64,000 nt of DNA from a virus (IMGVR_UViG_3300032116_000067:36265-100264), one strand, 5' to 3'; positions 17,094 through 26,996 are shown, counted from the stretch's first letter. Notes: generated by a model from the sequence alone, not told the origin. Program-made: numbers and translations.

Positions 17094-18620
17094 ATGGCTG
17101 CTGGAAAACAATACAAGAACGTATACACGATTCTTGAGAAAGTAAAAAAAGGTGAGATCAAAACTCACTATAAACAAAGTGAAGGTCTCTTTGGTAAACT
17201 GGACTTCTATAAGAAGCCGGATCTGATCAAGCCGTATTTACACTACATTGATCAAAGTAAAATCGACCACATAGTTGAAACTGGTATTCGGGACACCCGT
17301 CAAGTACAAACAGAGTTTGCTCATTTTGCTCAGTCATCAAAGTTTAAAGCTTTAGAAGCTGATAAGAAACCTGACTTGCAGCAGTTTCATGAGAAGCTCA
17401 AAGAGAACTATGAAAAGTTTCCCAAGCATCTGAAGCATGACATCTTTAAGATGTACTACCAGAAGATGCAGAAGCTTGATTTTGTAGAGCGTACATCTGG
17501 TAATGAAACCAAATACCGGTTCCTAGAAAAAGCCAACAATCCGGTCGGTAAGATCATGACGGAAGGGTCTAACATGAAGTCAGCCATCTTCGCCCGTAAC
17601 ATGATGATGTATTACCTGATGCAAATGACGCAGCTGGAATACATAGATCCGGAAGCTCATGATCAAATGCAAAAGGGTCTTAACGGGAACGAAGAGTCTG
17701 ACTTTGACAGTGAAGCTGCCCAGAAAGCCTTTGATAAGATGACCGATTCGGCTGCTTCTAAGAAAGCCATGGACCGGGCGTTAGATCAAGCTCAAGAGAC
17801 CTGTAAAGCTATGGATGAAAACATAGACAAAGACATTCAGGAAAAGATGTTTGATCAAGCTAATAAGCCTGGTAAAAATGACGGTACACCGGAGGCTGGT
17901 AAGATGAGTCCGGAGTATATCCGCACCATTGCAGCCAAGCTCTCTGAGATCAAGCTCTCTATGGGTGCGTTGAAAGATAAGCTCAAGAAGCTCCTGGATA
18001 AAAGTGCAAGCTACTTCTCTTCCCGGAAGATCACAACGTACGAGGATTTGTTCAACGCCACGGATATATCTGGTCTTGAAGACTATGAACTGCTTCATCC
18101 CAAGCTCAGAAAGATCTTTGCTGAAGACGTACAGGTCAAAGACACCAAAAGTGTGGGTAAGATCGACGTGTACATAGATATCTCAGGCTCTATGTCTTCT
18201 GGTTGTGGTGTACAAGATCTAAACGGTAGGGATGTTAGCCGGATACAGTTTGCCAAATCTATGGTAGCTAAGCTCAAAGAGATGGACATGCTCAACGATG
18301 TATATCTATTTGATACCCGGCTTAAAAAGTATCGTAACGATATGATCTCCATTTCTATGATTGACACCGGAGGCGGTACTACCATTGACGTAGCGGTGCA
18401 GAACATAGCCCGGGTAGATCGTAACGGCATCATCATTACAGATGCAGAAGACAGGTGTCATACATTTACTGACAGAGCTTTCTTTATAGGTCTTAACGGG
18501 GCCCGGTTCTCCTCTTTTGATGACGATGTTATTGCACAATACTCACGCCGGAACCAGGTTGTTGTCTTTGATGGAAAGACAATCAAGAAAGTAGATAGTA
18601 AAGGGCATGTGGTAAAATAG
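17094..18620 (+). CDS. VWA (MIDAS) domain protein, ViaA/CoxE-like partner
   Basis: YIDISGSMS, GGGT and IITDAED MIDAS residues at C-terminus. Confidence 0.88.
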   Translation: MAAGKQYKNVYTILEKVKKGEIKTHYKQSEGLFGKLDFYKKPDLIKPYLHYIDQSKIDHIVETGIRDTRQVQTEFAHFAQSSKFKALEADKKPDLQQFHEKLKENYEKFPKHLKHDIFKMYYQKMQKLDFVERTSGNETKYRFLEKANNPVGKIMTEGSNMKSAIFARNMMMYYLMQMTQLEYIDPEAHDQMQKGLNGNEESDFDSEAAQKAFDKMTDSAASKKAMDRALDQAQETCKAMDENIDKDIQEKMFDQANKPGKNDGTPEAGKMSPEYIRTIAAKLSEIKLSMGALKDKLKKLLDKSASYFSSRKITTYEDLFNATDISGLEDYELLHPKLRKIFAEDVQVKDTKSVGKIDVYIDISGSMSSGCGVQDLNGRDVSRIQFAKSMVAKLKEMDMLNDVYLFDTRLKKYRNDMISISMIDTGGGTTIDVAVQNIARVDRNGIIITDAEDRCHTFTDRAFFIGLNGARFSSFDDDVIAQYSRRNQVVVFDGKTIKKVDSKGHVVK

Positions 18621-18635
18621 AACATACCTAATATA

Positions 18636-18675
18636 CAAAAAGCCGGTAGATTCTTCTACCGGCTTATCTTTCTTT
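18636..18675. terminator. bidirectional terminator between convergent operons
   Basis: AAGCCGGTAGA-TTCT-TCTACCGGCTT with A-run upstream and T-rich tract downstream. Confidence 0.75.
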
Positions 18676-19252
18676 ATTGTGGATCCAGGATCTTACCACA
18701 TTTCAGACACTCTAGGTCTCCGTCCTGATCACTATCTCCCCAGATATGATCACACTGTCTATGACTAAAGTATTCGTCGATCTTTCCATCATCGTCATGA
18801 TCGAGACCATCAGCTGAACCGTCATTATCTTCATCTATTTCTTTACTAGCTAGCTTAGCTCCCATCAGGGTAGCCAGCACCGGATCTATAATTGGTTCCG
18901 GAACTGCAGCAACCGGTGCCGGAGGAGGATTATTACTAAAGTCATTGGCTTTAGACATAGCAGTACCGTCTTCCTCGTCCATCTTCTGTACCAGGATCTT
19001 GTCTTTGTCGTTATCAGAAAACCAGTAGTCGATGATCTTACCATAGCTGCCGATAAAAGCACCGAGCATAAGGAGCAAGAGTTCTTTCCACTCACCCGCT
19101 ATCGAGCTGTCTAACTCAATGGCTGTAAAGATAGCGGCTACAATAAGGATGAACGCACCCAGTACCATGGCAGTGATCATCCACCGCTTTCTCATAATAG
19201 AGTGCAAAAGTCTTTCAAAACCAAGCTTACTTGATTCTATTTCGTTACTCAT
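18674..19252 (-). CDS. two-TM membrane protein with acidic DxDxDG repeats; holin candidate
   Basis: Two hydrophobic helices; DEDNDG, DHDDDG and DSDQDG repeats; terminal CDH...CLKC; in lysis cluster. Confidence 0.7.
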   Translation of the reverse strand: MSNEIESSKLGFERLLHSIMRKRWMITAMVLGAFILIVAAIFTAIELDSSIAGEWKELLLLMLGAFIGSYGKIIDYWFSDNDKDKILVQKMDEEDGTAMSKANDFSNNPPPAPVAAVPEPIIDPVLATLMGAKLASKEIDEDNDGSADGLDHDDDGKIDEYFSHRQCDHIWGDSDQDGDLECLKCGKILDPQ

Positions 19253-19268
19253 AACTGTAAAGTTTTAG

Positions 19269-19394
19269 TTAGCGTCCCTGTCCGCGATACTTGGACATCC
19301 GCTTTTGTTTCGGTCCCTGGTTCTTAGCAGCTTGACCTTTCTTACGCTTTCCGAAGGTGATCTTGTGAGCACCTCCGCCTTTACCTTTACCCAT
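19269..19394 (-). CDS. small basic protein ending YRGQGR, below ORF-track cutoff
   Basis: MGKGKGGGAHKITFGKRKKGQAAKNQGPKQKRMSKYRGQGR*, 41 aa. Confidence 0.7.
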   Translation of the reverse strand: MGKGKGGGAHKITFGKRKKGQAAKNQGPKQKRMSKYRGQGR

Positions 19395-19415
19395 GGTCTA
19401 TGTTTTAGATTGCTG

Positions 19416-20021
19416 TTAACTCAACAGTGCATGAAACTTCTTGAAATACTTAAGACGGTCAGCAAGACCGTTGGTTCCACCGTTGACCCGTTTGGTAACG
19501 GCAGTAACATGAGCATCAGTAGCTCCCTTATCTGCCAGTGCGTTCAGATTATTCTTACTCCAGAACCATGCTGCACTAAGCAGTGGGTACTTTGTAGCTA
19601 CCAGATCTGGATTCTCTATGATATTATCGGGTACCGACGCATCAAAAGTTAGATAGTTTGATTTACCAGTGAGCTGGATATATCCCCTACCCCGATATCT
19701 ATACCCATCCCCTGAACTTTCTGGACCGTTACCCATACGGTTACCATATACTTTATTGGCTATCTTAACCGGCTGCCGGGCATAAGCTGCAGCCAAAGCT
19801 TCCGTAGAGAAGTACTTCTTAAAGACAGATAAAAGACCTTTGACAGAATAATTTAGGTTCTCTTGAACCAGTTTAAACCCACCAGACTCATGTGCACACT
19901 GTGCCAGGAAGTGAGCCAGGCGTAACGGGGTGTTTACTCCCATTTTCTGGACTACATCCGGGATCTGTGCGATCACAGCATCGGGTACATACCCTTTAAG
20001 TTTATCAAGCTTAAGGTTCAT
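19416..20021 (-). CDS. glycoside hydrolase family 19 endolysin
   Basis: AHFLAQCAHESGG, ENLNYS, YRGRGYIQLTG and VNGG.NGL.DR motifs. Confidence 0.93.
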   Translation of the reverse strand: MNLKLDKLKGYVPDAVIAQIPDVVQKMGVNTPLRLAHFLAQCAHESGGFKLVQENLNYSVKGLLSVFKKYFSTEALAAAYARQPVKIANKVYGNRMGNGPESSGDGYRYRGRGYIQLTGKSNYLTFDASVPDNIIENPDLVATKYPLLSAAWFWSKNNLNALADKGATDAHVTAVTKRVNGGTNGLADRLKYFKKFHALLS

Positions 20022-20038
20022 GAACGTCAGAGCTTGGA

Positions 20039-20263
20039 TCAACCGTTGCTTTTCTTCGGCTTGGGCTTGTAATACCTCTTTTTTTTTGGAGTAGTCTGAT
20101 CTGTTGCTGCAGGTGTCAGCACAGCTTTAACGTCAGAAATCGCAGGCTTAACTTCAACAGGCTTCGGAGCCTCTTTGATCTCTTGCAAAATGGTTACCGG
20201 GGTTTCAACTACGGGCTTCTTCTTCTTGAGCAGCCCTAACAAAGTACTGATTATGTTTTTCAT
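20039..20263 (-). CDS. small K/P-rich protein
   Basis: 74-aa ORF in lysis operon. Confidence 0.65.
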   Translation of the reverse strand: MKNIISTLLGLLKKKKPVVETPVTILQEIKEAPKPVEVKPAISDVKAVLTPAATDQTTPKKKRYYKPKPKKSNG

Positions 20264-20276
20264 ATGGGATTAGGTA

Positions 20277-20915
20277 TTAGTTATTCTTCTTGCCGATCTT
20301 CCAGTAAGACTGGAATCCGTAATAAACCTGCCGGTTGATATCAGAGCCGATCTTAAGTCCGTAGAGATGATCGCGTTTTGTCTTGAGCATCAAACCCGCC
20401 TCTAGAGAGAAAGGCACAAAGACTTTAAAAGTATTGATGCCGCCTCCAATATAAAGTTCGTTACGCTTGACTTCGGGTTTTACGATTGTGACTGTTTCTG
20501 TTACTTGAGGAATCTTATACGAATACGTAAAAGCCCTGTTGTTCAGGGTATTATGCTGTACAGTGTCCGTTATTGTAACATAACCGATACTGTCAATCAT
20601 AATCGTGTCTCTATAGATGTTCTTAGAGAGAAACAGCTGCACTAACGTCTCGTACTGCGCTTTAAGTTTGGGATAGTTTGTATCCGGAATATACTGGGGC
20701 GGAAGAGTATCAATATCATAGATCGTTTCCGTGACAACCATCTCTTTATAAATGATGCTATCCCGGACCAGCCAGGTAGTATCATGCACGATCACCGTAT
20801 CAGCGGTAGGCTTCTTAAAGCACTGAACTACTTTTCTGCACCCGGCCCTTGTCAATATAACCAGCAGGATGAGCAGCAGTATGATCGTAATAAGTTTGAG
20901 AGCTTTGAGAGACAT
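20277..20915 (-). CDS. membrane-anchored protein, spanin-like candidate
   Basis: N-terminal TM helix, DT-rich repeats, beta-strand C-terminus ending YWKIG; next to endolysin. Confidence 0.55.
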   Translation of the reverse strand: MSLKALKLITIILLLILLVILTRAGCRKVVQCFKKPTADTVIVHDTTWLVRDSIIYKEMVVTETIYDIDTLPPQYIPDTNYPKLKAQYETLVQLFLSKNIYRDTIMIDSIGYVTITDTVQHNTLNNRAFTYSYKIPQVTETVTIVKPEVKRNELYIGGGINTFKVFVPFSLEAGLMLKTKRDHLYGLKIGSDINRQVYYGFQSYWKIGKKNN

Positions 20916-20943
20916 AATAACTTGTGGTTTTTATACTTGCGGG

Positions 20944-21240
20944 TCAAGACTTCTTACCGGAGTCTCTACCTACCCTGACCTCATTGGTGGGAACCAGGGC
21001 AAACTTGGAGAACCAAACCGCGTTGTCTTTCTTAGGATCATTCGGCACACTCGTAATCTGCCCATACACCTGCCTTTCCAGGTTGTCGATCCGGGTCTTG
21101 TCAATGTTACTCTGGGCCATAAGAGCCTTGATGTCAGACTTTATTTCTGTGACATCATTCCAGATCAGTAGTCCAATGATGGACACTAAGCTTGGAAACA
21201 ACCAAAGCTTCAGCGTGTTAGCAGAACTCTCCTTCATCAT
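20944..21240 (-). CDS. single-TM coiled-coil protein, holin/antiholin candidate
   Basis: LWLFPSLVSIIGLLIW followed by coiled coil. Confidence 0.6.
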   Translation of the reverse strand: MMKESSANTLKLWLFPSLVSIIGLLIWNDVTEIKSDIKALMAQSNIDKTRIDNLERQVYGQITSVPNDPKKDNAVWFSKFALVPTNEVRVGRDSGKKS

Positions 21241-21242
21241 GA

Positions 21243-21518
21243 TTAGCTAGCTTTTACAAGTTTGAACTCGTATACATTTCCAGCGGGCTTTTTCAGACTG
21301 ATAATCAGACTGTTAGGAATAATATTTCCTTTTTCATCCTTACGAACAAAATAGCGAAGCTTGCTAGGATGAATGATTACGGTCTCACCTGCACCAGCAG
21401 TAACATCTTGGGCAGGAATCTCAATGAGATTAGCCGGTACCTTTGTACCACTCATCATGGTGCTAGGAATAGGCCACCCCAAAGCATCTTTTTGGGCGTA
21501 GAACTTCTTTGTCATCAT
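21243..21518 (-). CDS. hypothetical protein
   Basis: 91-aa first gene of the minus-strand operon. Confidence 0.75.
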   Translation of the reverse strand: MMTKKFYAQKDALGWPIPSTMMSGTKVPANLIEIPAQDVTAGAGETVIIHPSKLRYFVRKDEKGNIIPNSLIISLKKPAGNVYEFKLVKAS

Positions 21519-21539
21519 ATAAGATTTACGTAAACTTTA

Positions 21540-21615
21540 AAACTGTAGAATCTAGACCGACCTCTACAATATAATATACAACTTTTTTAGAGAACTTGTC
21601 TATATTTGTAGACCC
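21540..21615. promoter_or_regulatory. divergent promoter region with Bacteroidota-type -7 box
   Basis: TATATTTG at 21601-21608; TGTAGA/TCTACA sites at 21544, 21563, 21607. Confidence 0.65.
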
Positions 21616-21628
21616 AAATAAGATCACT

Positions 21629-22165
21629 ATGGAAAGTAAGACCTATGCCTTACAGCTAGAAAAAAAGCTGATTGAACAGTTTAGAGAAAACTTCTTTGAC
21701 AAGTTAGGGTACTACCCTACTGTTATGACTGCAGCTCAGGTAAACACAGATGTAGCTATCCCTTACATGCATCTTTCTGTACTAAAAAAGTGTTTTGATC
21801 TTTTCCTTCCAGAGGTTGCAGGGTTTATTCTAAACTTAGAATCTCGTTCACGATCCAGAGAACTAGTAGAGCTCAGAAGTATTTACTGCTACTTGGCTCG
21901 TGAGATGCGGTATAGTCTTACAACGATCGGTAAAAGTATAGGTAATAGGGATCATACTACAGTAATCAACAGCGTTACAAACTTTAAAAACTGGATCGAA
22001 ACAGATGAAAACTTTCGGCATAAGTATTCAGCTATTCTTAGTCATATAAAGCAACAATATGAGTCATCAGTTATGGCAAAGCTTGATCAAGTACAATGTG
22101 AGTCCGAACCAGTTATACTTCCTGGACTCGTGCCGATACAAGATCAAGCCCACCAGCATCATTAA
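21629..22165 (+). CDS. DnaA C-terminal (domain IV) HTH protein
   Basis: R.RELVELRSIYCYLARE...SLTTIGKSIGNRDHTTVINSV matches the DnaA domain IV signature. Confidence 0.85.
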   Translation: MESKTYALQLEKKLIEQFRENFFDKLGYYPTVMTAAQVNTDVAIPYMHLSVLKKCFDLFLPEVAGFILNLESRSRSRELVELRSIYCYLAREMRYSLTTIGKSIGNRDHTTVINSVTNFKNWIETDENFRHKYSAILSHIKQQYESSVMAKLDQVQCESEPVILPGLVPIQDQAHQHH

Positions 22166-22640
22166 TTTAGATGCTGAACGTCTAGTAGCAGAAAGCAGAG
22201 GTCACATTGACTCAAATGGAAATCTTACCCCAGGAGCAATCTTTATTCTGGATGAGTTTGAAACGCTTTTAGTCAAGACTAAAAAGAAGGTTGCTTCAGA
22301 ACTGTTAGGTACAGATGCACTTACTCACATCAAAACATACCGGGAGCTTTTTCCGGCAAAACGGGTTCCTCGTGTCGGACTACTCCGGCAGACAGTTCAG
22401 GAACTCAAAGAGAAGTTTATCTGGTTTTTTAAGACTTACCCGGAATATGACTGGGCCCTAGTACTGGATGCTACAGACTACTATATCTACACCAAGACTA
22501 AAGAGAACTTGGAGTACATGACCACCAGCAGTTACTTTATCCAACGTACGGATAACTTCACCAAAGCTTCCCGGTCTCTACTGGCAGACTACTGTCAGAT
22601 GATCCTAGACAACCCCGAGATCCTCAATAACGAGGCATAA
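22059..22640 (+). CDS. hypothetical protein upstream of helicase, possible initiator/loader
   Basis: 193-aa ORF; position only. Confidence 0.65.
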   Translation: MSHQLWQSLIKYNVSPNQLYFLDSCRYKIKPTSIINLDAERLVAESRGHIDSNGNLTPGAIFILDEFETLLVKTKKKVASELLGTDALTHIKTYRELFPAKRVPRVGLLRQTVQELKEKFIWFFKTYPEYDWALVLDATDYYIYTKTKENLEYMTTSSYFIQRTDNFTKASRSLLADYCQMILDNPEILNNEA

Positions 22641-22710
22641 TATTGTAGAAATTATTTTGGAGTTCTATAACAAGTTCTCTAAATTTACACCCCACAAAAC
22701 ACAGAAGCAC

Positions 22711-22908
22711 ATGTCTACAGTATCCACAACCCTCAGAGAGTTCTTTGACAAGTTGCCAGATGCTGCTTTCTCTGACACTAAAGACTACAAGATTATCAGC
22801 TTTCCGATGTTAGAACACATAGTCAACAAGCTGGTCTATGAAGCCGAAGTTCGAGGAGAAACGCGCATCTTAAACAACATAGACGTATTGTTGGAGAGTA
22901 CACTCTGA
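22711..22908 (+). CDS. hypothetical protein
   Basis: ATG 22711 preferred. Confidence 0.65.
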   Translation: MSTVSTTLREFFDKLPDAAFSDTKDYKIISFPMLEHIVNKLVYEAEVRGETRILNNIDVLLESTL

Positions 22909-22927
22909 AGTAACCTTCATCTCCTGT

Positions 22928-23980
22928 ATGGAAGTACCTCAGAATATCGGCCGACGGAAGACATACACGTCGGTATTACGAAAAGGTCTCAAGTATGTCG
23001 AGAAACGACGAAACGGGGACATCAAAAGTCTTAAGACTCCATGGCCCAGTTTCAATACCGCTGGCGTAGGCGGTCTGGAGTGGGGCTCAATGTTAACGAT
23101 CGGAGCCCGTCCTGGTGCAGGTAAAACGATGATTGTATCCCAAATGTTACGGGAAGCTCATCGTCAGAACCCGGACCAGAAGTTTAATATCCTGGAGTTT
23201 CAGTTCGAGATGGGTGACGAGCAGTACGCTTCCAGGCAGTTTGCCGGGGAAGTAGCTCAAGACTACGGAGTAATCCTTAGTACCAATCAACAACTTGATG
23301 ACTTCATCCTGGATCAGATCAAAGAGTATATCAATGTCTGTGACATGATGGAGAAACAGGGTATTAAAAGAGACATCATCTCTGAGTCTCTTACTCACCA
23401 AGAGATGGAACAAGAGATCAAACAAGCGTATGTAGATGGTGGGGCCAAGCCCCTGATCGTTACGATCGACCACAGCTGGTTGATCAAACGCAGCAGTTCC
23501 GAGAAAGACAAGTTTGACGTCTTATACAACACCACAGAGATGTTGATGAGTCTCAAACGTAAGATCCCGGTTATTATCATCATGATTACCCAGATGAACC
23601 GTACCATGGAAGAAGCTATCCGTAAGGTTCCTTCCAGTATTGCTAACTACCCGACCAGTTCTGACATCTTTGGCGGTGACGCCCTGATGCAAGGATCCGA
23701 CATGGTAGTAGTACTATCCCGTCCTTACAAGATGGATATTAAGTCTTACGGTCCGTACGCGTACCGGGTAGAAAAAGACGACGTCTTTATGCATCTACTC
23801 AAGATCCGTAACGGTAGTGAAGACAACAGTATCATCTTTATGAAGATGGACGGTAAAAATCAACGGATGATCGAAGTACCACCGGCGGTCCCGGACCGCC
23901 CTGATGGTTCGTTCACAAGATTATCTCAGCGTACCGGTTTTTCAAGAAACGTATCCGCACCTATCGGTGAAGAACTTTAA
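22928..23980 (+). CDS. dnaB: DnaB-like replicative helicase
   Basis: IGARPGAGKT, FEM, IDH, TQMNR, P..SD..G and KIRNG motifs. Confidence 0.9.
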   Translation: MEVPQNIGRRKTYTSVLRKGLKYVEKRRNGDIKSLKTPWPSFNTAGVGGLEWGSMLTIGARPGAGKTMIVSQMLREAHRQNPDQKFNILEFQFEMGDEQYASRQFAGEVAQDYGVILSTNQQLDDFILDQIKEYINVCDMMEKQGIKRDIISESLTHQEMEQEIKQAYVDGGAKPLIVTIDHSWLIKRSSSEKDKFDVLYNTTEMLMSLKRKIPVIIIMITQMNRTMEEAIRKVPSSIANYPTSSDIFGGDALMQGSDMVVVLSRPYKMDIKSYGPYAYRVEKDDVFMHLLKIRNGSEDNSIIFMKMDGKNQRMIEVPPAVPDRPDGSFTRLSQRTGFSRNVSAPIGEEL

Positions 23981-23992
23981 ACTACAATTCCC

Positions 23993-24619
23993 ATGTTTAC
24001 AACAGCACAGTACCAAAACGCACGAAGACGACTCTCGTTTGATGAGTTTAAGTCTCTGTCACCTGATGACCAAAAACAATACAAAGCTCAGGTCCTGGAA
24101 GAAATACGAGCTTTCCACGCTCCCATGCTGGAAGAACTCGGTGCTACCAGACTGGACTTTCAGATCAAGATCCCATTTTACGACAAGCAAGCTCGTAAAG
24201 TAGTCGGCATCTTTGCTTCTGAGTTTAAAAGAGAAAACGGTTTTTACTTTGAACTTACAAGTAGAGAGTTTGAGCCGCTGGATACCAACAGAACAGTTTA
24301 CAAAGTATCATATAATCCATCGTTTGATGAAGAGTATGAGATGAACGAGAAAGGTTCTTACCTCGTACCTTTAGAAGAACTACGTATGGTTACACCAGCC
24401 AGCGTAGCAATCAGCGGACCTTCTGCTTTATTAGATCAGCCCAGATCTAAAGCTGTTACTTCAACACCCCAAAAGAATACGACATCATATAGAGCTCCCG
24501 AGCCTATAGCTGATGCACCATATTCAGAGATGACAATCCGTGACTACTATGCTATTCATACCGGTAAACCGGTTAGCACCAAGTTATGGCTTAACGAACT
24601 GATAAGAACAAACAAGTAA
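23993..24619 (+). CDS. hypothetical replication-module protein
   Basis: 208-aa ORF. Confidence 0.8.
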   Translation: MFTTAQYQNARRRLSFDEFKSLSPDDQKQYKAQVLEEIRAFHAPMLEELGATRLDFQIKIPFYDKQARKVVGIFASEFKRENGFYFELTSREFEPLDTNRTVYKVSYNPSFDEEYEMNEKGSYLVPLEELRMVTPASVAISGPSALLDQPRSKAVTSTPQKNTTSYRAPEPIADAPYSEMTIRDYYAIHTGKPVSTKLWLNELIRTNK

Positions 24620-24620
24620 T

Positions 24621-25304
24621 ATGGCACAAGGCATCCTAGTTATTGCAGAGTCCGGCTCTGGTAAGTCTACCAGTATTCAATCTCTCGATCCTAACGAGAC
24701 ATTTATCATCAACGTGGCTAACAAGCCCCTGCCTTTTAAAGGCTGGAAGAAAAAGTATATCCTGTGGAGTAAAGACAATCCCGCAGGTAACCTGTACAGC
24801 GGATCTACCGCTCAGCAGATAGAAGCGTGTTTACGCTATGTCAACGAAAAACGACCCGAGATCAAGACTGTTATAGTGGATGACTTCCAGTACATGAGTT
24901 CCTTTGAGTTCTTTGACTCAATAGACGAAAAAGGCTACGAGAAGTTCACCCGTATCGGTGCACATCTGGCTCGTATTGCCCGTCTTCCCAAAGACCTCAG
25001 AGATGATTTGACTGTCGTGTTTCTTACGCATGCTGAAGAGTCCACTGACATCGAAGGCAAACGTAAAGTCAAAGCAAAGACGATCGGCAAAATGGTAGAC
25101 GAAAAGCTTTCCCTGGAAGGTCTGTTCTCCATCGTGCTGTTTGGCAAAGTCAAGAAAGAAAAAGAGGGCGGCGTACGCTACGTGTTTGAAACCACCAACA
25201 ACGGTGAGAACACTTGTAAAAGTCCCTGGGGTATGTTTACAGATACTGAGATCCCCAACGATCTGGCATTTGTGAAGAAAGCAATTCACGAATACGAAAA
25301 CTGA
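24621..25304 (+). CDS. AAA_24/Sak4-like P-loop ATPase
   Basis: AESGSGKST, IVDDFQY, KTIGKM and CKSP motifs. Confidence 0.85.
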   Translation: MAQGILVIAESGSGKSTSIQSLDPNETFIINVANKPLPFKGWKKKYILWSKDNPAGNLYSGSTAQQIEACLRYVNEKRPEIKTVIVDDFQYMSSFEFFDSIDEKGYEKFTRIGAHLARIARLPKDLRDDLTVVFLTHAEESTDIEGKRKVKAKTIGKMVDEKLSLEGLFSIVLFGKVKKEKEGGVRYVFETTNNGENTCKSPWGMFTDTEIPNDLAFVKKAIHEYEN

Positions 25305-25336
25305 GTTTTCATCCTTAACTATAAAAAACAGACAGT

Positions 25337-25945
25337 ATGTTTAGCACTCAAGGACAGGAAGTCAAGACCGGCGGTACTTCTAAGTCATTACAAGCAGGGG
25401 TAGTTTATGCCCACATTAACAGCGGCCAGCTCAGAACCTCCAGCAAAGGAGACAAAAAAGTACTGGAGCTCTATCTCGAGGGACCTGAGTTGGATAACTT
25501 TGAAGGTTGGCCCATCAGTAAAGATAACCCGGAAGGACCTAAGCACAAGGGTCAAACAGCACGCGTTGCTGCTACCATCTGGACGGATGAATTCAACAAT
25601 CCCAACGTATCTCGTAACGAGATCATGTACAAGCTGAGCATCATTGCTACCGAACTCGGTCTGCGTGACCAGCTCAACCAGATCCAGGCCAACTCTATCG
25701 AAGAGTGGGTATCCAAAGTCCTGAACCTGGTAGAAGGCAAGAAGATGTACTGGTTCCTCAAAGGCACCGAAGAAGAGTACAACGGTAAAACCATCATCAA
25801 GCTGTCTTTGCCCAAGTATAAGTTTGCGTCTGTAGACGAAACCAAGCTGGACAAGTTTGATAAGAACAACAAGTATCACTACAAAGCTCTGGTCACTAAG
25901 CCGGTAAGCAGTTTTGAACCTGCGACCGACGACTTTGACATGTAA
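25337..25945 (+). CDS. putative single-stranded DNA-binding protein
   Basis: Lies between ATPase and primase; acidic tail DDFDM. Confidence 0.6.
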   Translation: MFSTQGQEVKTGGTSKSLQAGVVYAHINSGQLRTSSKGDKKVLELYLEGPELDNFEGWPISKDNPEGPKHKGQTARVAATIWTDEFNNPNVSRNEIMYKLSIIATELGLRDQLNQIQANSIEEWVSKVLNLVEGKKMYWFLKGTEEEYNGKTIIKLSLPKYKFASVDETKLDKFDKNNKYHYKALVTKPVSSFEPATDDFDM

Positions 25946-25975
25946 AAAAGCTTTCTTTTCATAGCTGTACATAAC

Positions 25976-26005
25976 GGGGGGTGTTTCTACACTCCCCTTC
26001 TTTTA
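25976..26005 (+). terminator. intrinsic terminator
   Basis: GGGGGGTGT-TTCT-ACACTCCCC followed by TTCTTTT. Confidence 0.7.
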
Positions 26006-26023
26006 TCTTCTAATCCCAGTACT

Positions 26024-26992
26024 ATGTTCAAGACTAAAAACTTGGTACATGACATCAAAGATGTACCTGTACCGTGGATTTTTGAGCACTACTGTAAGCT
26101 CAAAGAAAAGTTAACGGGTGATGATGTGAAGATCAAGAGCTTGTTTACTAAGGAACGCACGCCTTCTATGTGCATCTACTTTGACAATGCTCGTCAAGTA
26201 TATAAGTTCAAAGACTTCTCTTCCGGCAAGTGGGGTGACGCTATTGATCTGGTAAAAGAGATCACACAGAAGCCCTATCATCAAGCCTGTCAACAGGTCA
26301 TCGAAGAGTTTAACGACTTTGTACTGCATAACAACGGCGGGTATAACGTACAAGAGTTCAAACAGTCCAGCCGGTATAAAGTCAGCTCGATCGTTACCCG
26401 GTCCTGGTCTACCCAGGATCAGACTTATTGGACCAAATTTAACATAGGCAGTAAACTACTTAGTGAACACCGGGTAGTTCCCCTGGAGTATTACTGCATG
26501 GAAAAAGATGGTAAACAGCTGACTATCCGGGGTCTGTATCTATACGGGTATTTCAAAGCCGACGGTACACTATACAAGATCTATCAACCCAAGACACAGG
26601 ATAAGAAGTTCATCAAAGTTTCAGACTATGTCCAGGGTTCTGAGCAGCTAAAAGATCACCGGTTCCTGGTGATCACAAGCTCACTGAAAGACATCATGGC
26701 CCTAAAGAGCCTGAAGCTATCAGTAGACTACATTGCTCCTGACTCTGAGAACAGTCTGATCCGTAAAGAACTGATGAACGAGTACTTTAAAAAGTATGAG
26801 AAGATCATCGTTCTTTTTGACTTTGACGAAGCCGGTATCAAAGCCATGGAACGTTACAAAGAACTCTATCCTGATATCCTGACAGCCGTTCTACCTATGA
26901 GTAAAGACCCATCAGATTCTATCCGGGATTATGGAGCCAAAGAGGTTCGTAACCGACTGGTTCCAATCCTGAACAAAAAGCTAGAGAACTGA
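26024..26992 (+). CDS. DnaG-type (Toprim) primase
   Basis: E.TPSM..FKDFSSG..GD N-terminal domain; TSSLKD, FDFDEAG and KDPSD motifs. Confidence 0.88.
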   Translation: MFKTKNLVHDIKDVPVPWIFEHYCKLKEKLTGDDVKIKSLFTKERTPSMCIYFDNARQVYKFKDFSSGKWGDAIDLVKEITQKPYHQACQQVIEEFNDFVLHNNGGYNVQEFKQSSRYKVSSIVTRSWSTQDQTYWTKFNIGSKLLSEHRVVPLEYYCMEKDGKQLTIRGLYLYGYFKADGTLYKIYQPKTQDKKFIKVSDYVQGSEQLKDHRFLVITSSLKDIMALKSLKLSVDYIAPDSENSLIRKELMNEYFKKYEKIIVLFDFDEAGIKAMERYKELYPDILTAVLPMSKDPSDSIRDYGAKEVRNRLVPILNKKLEN

Positions 26993-26996
26993 AGAT

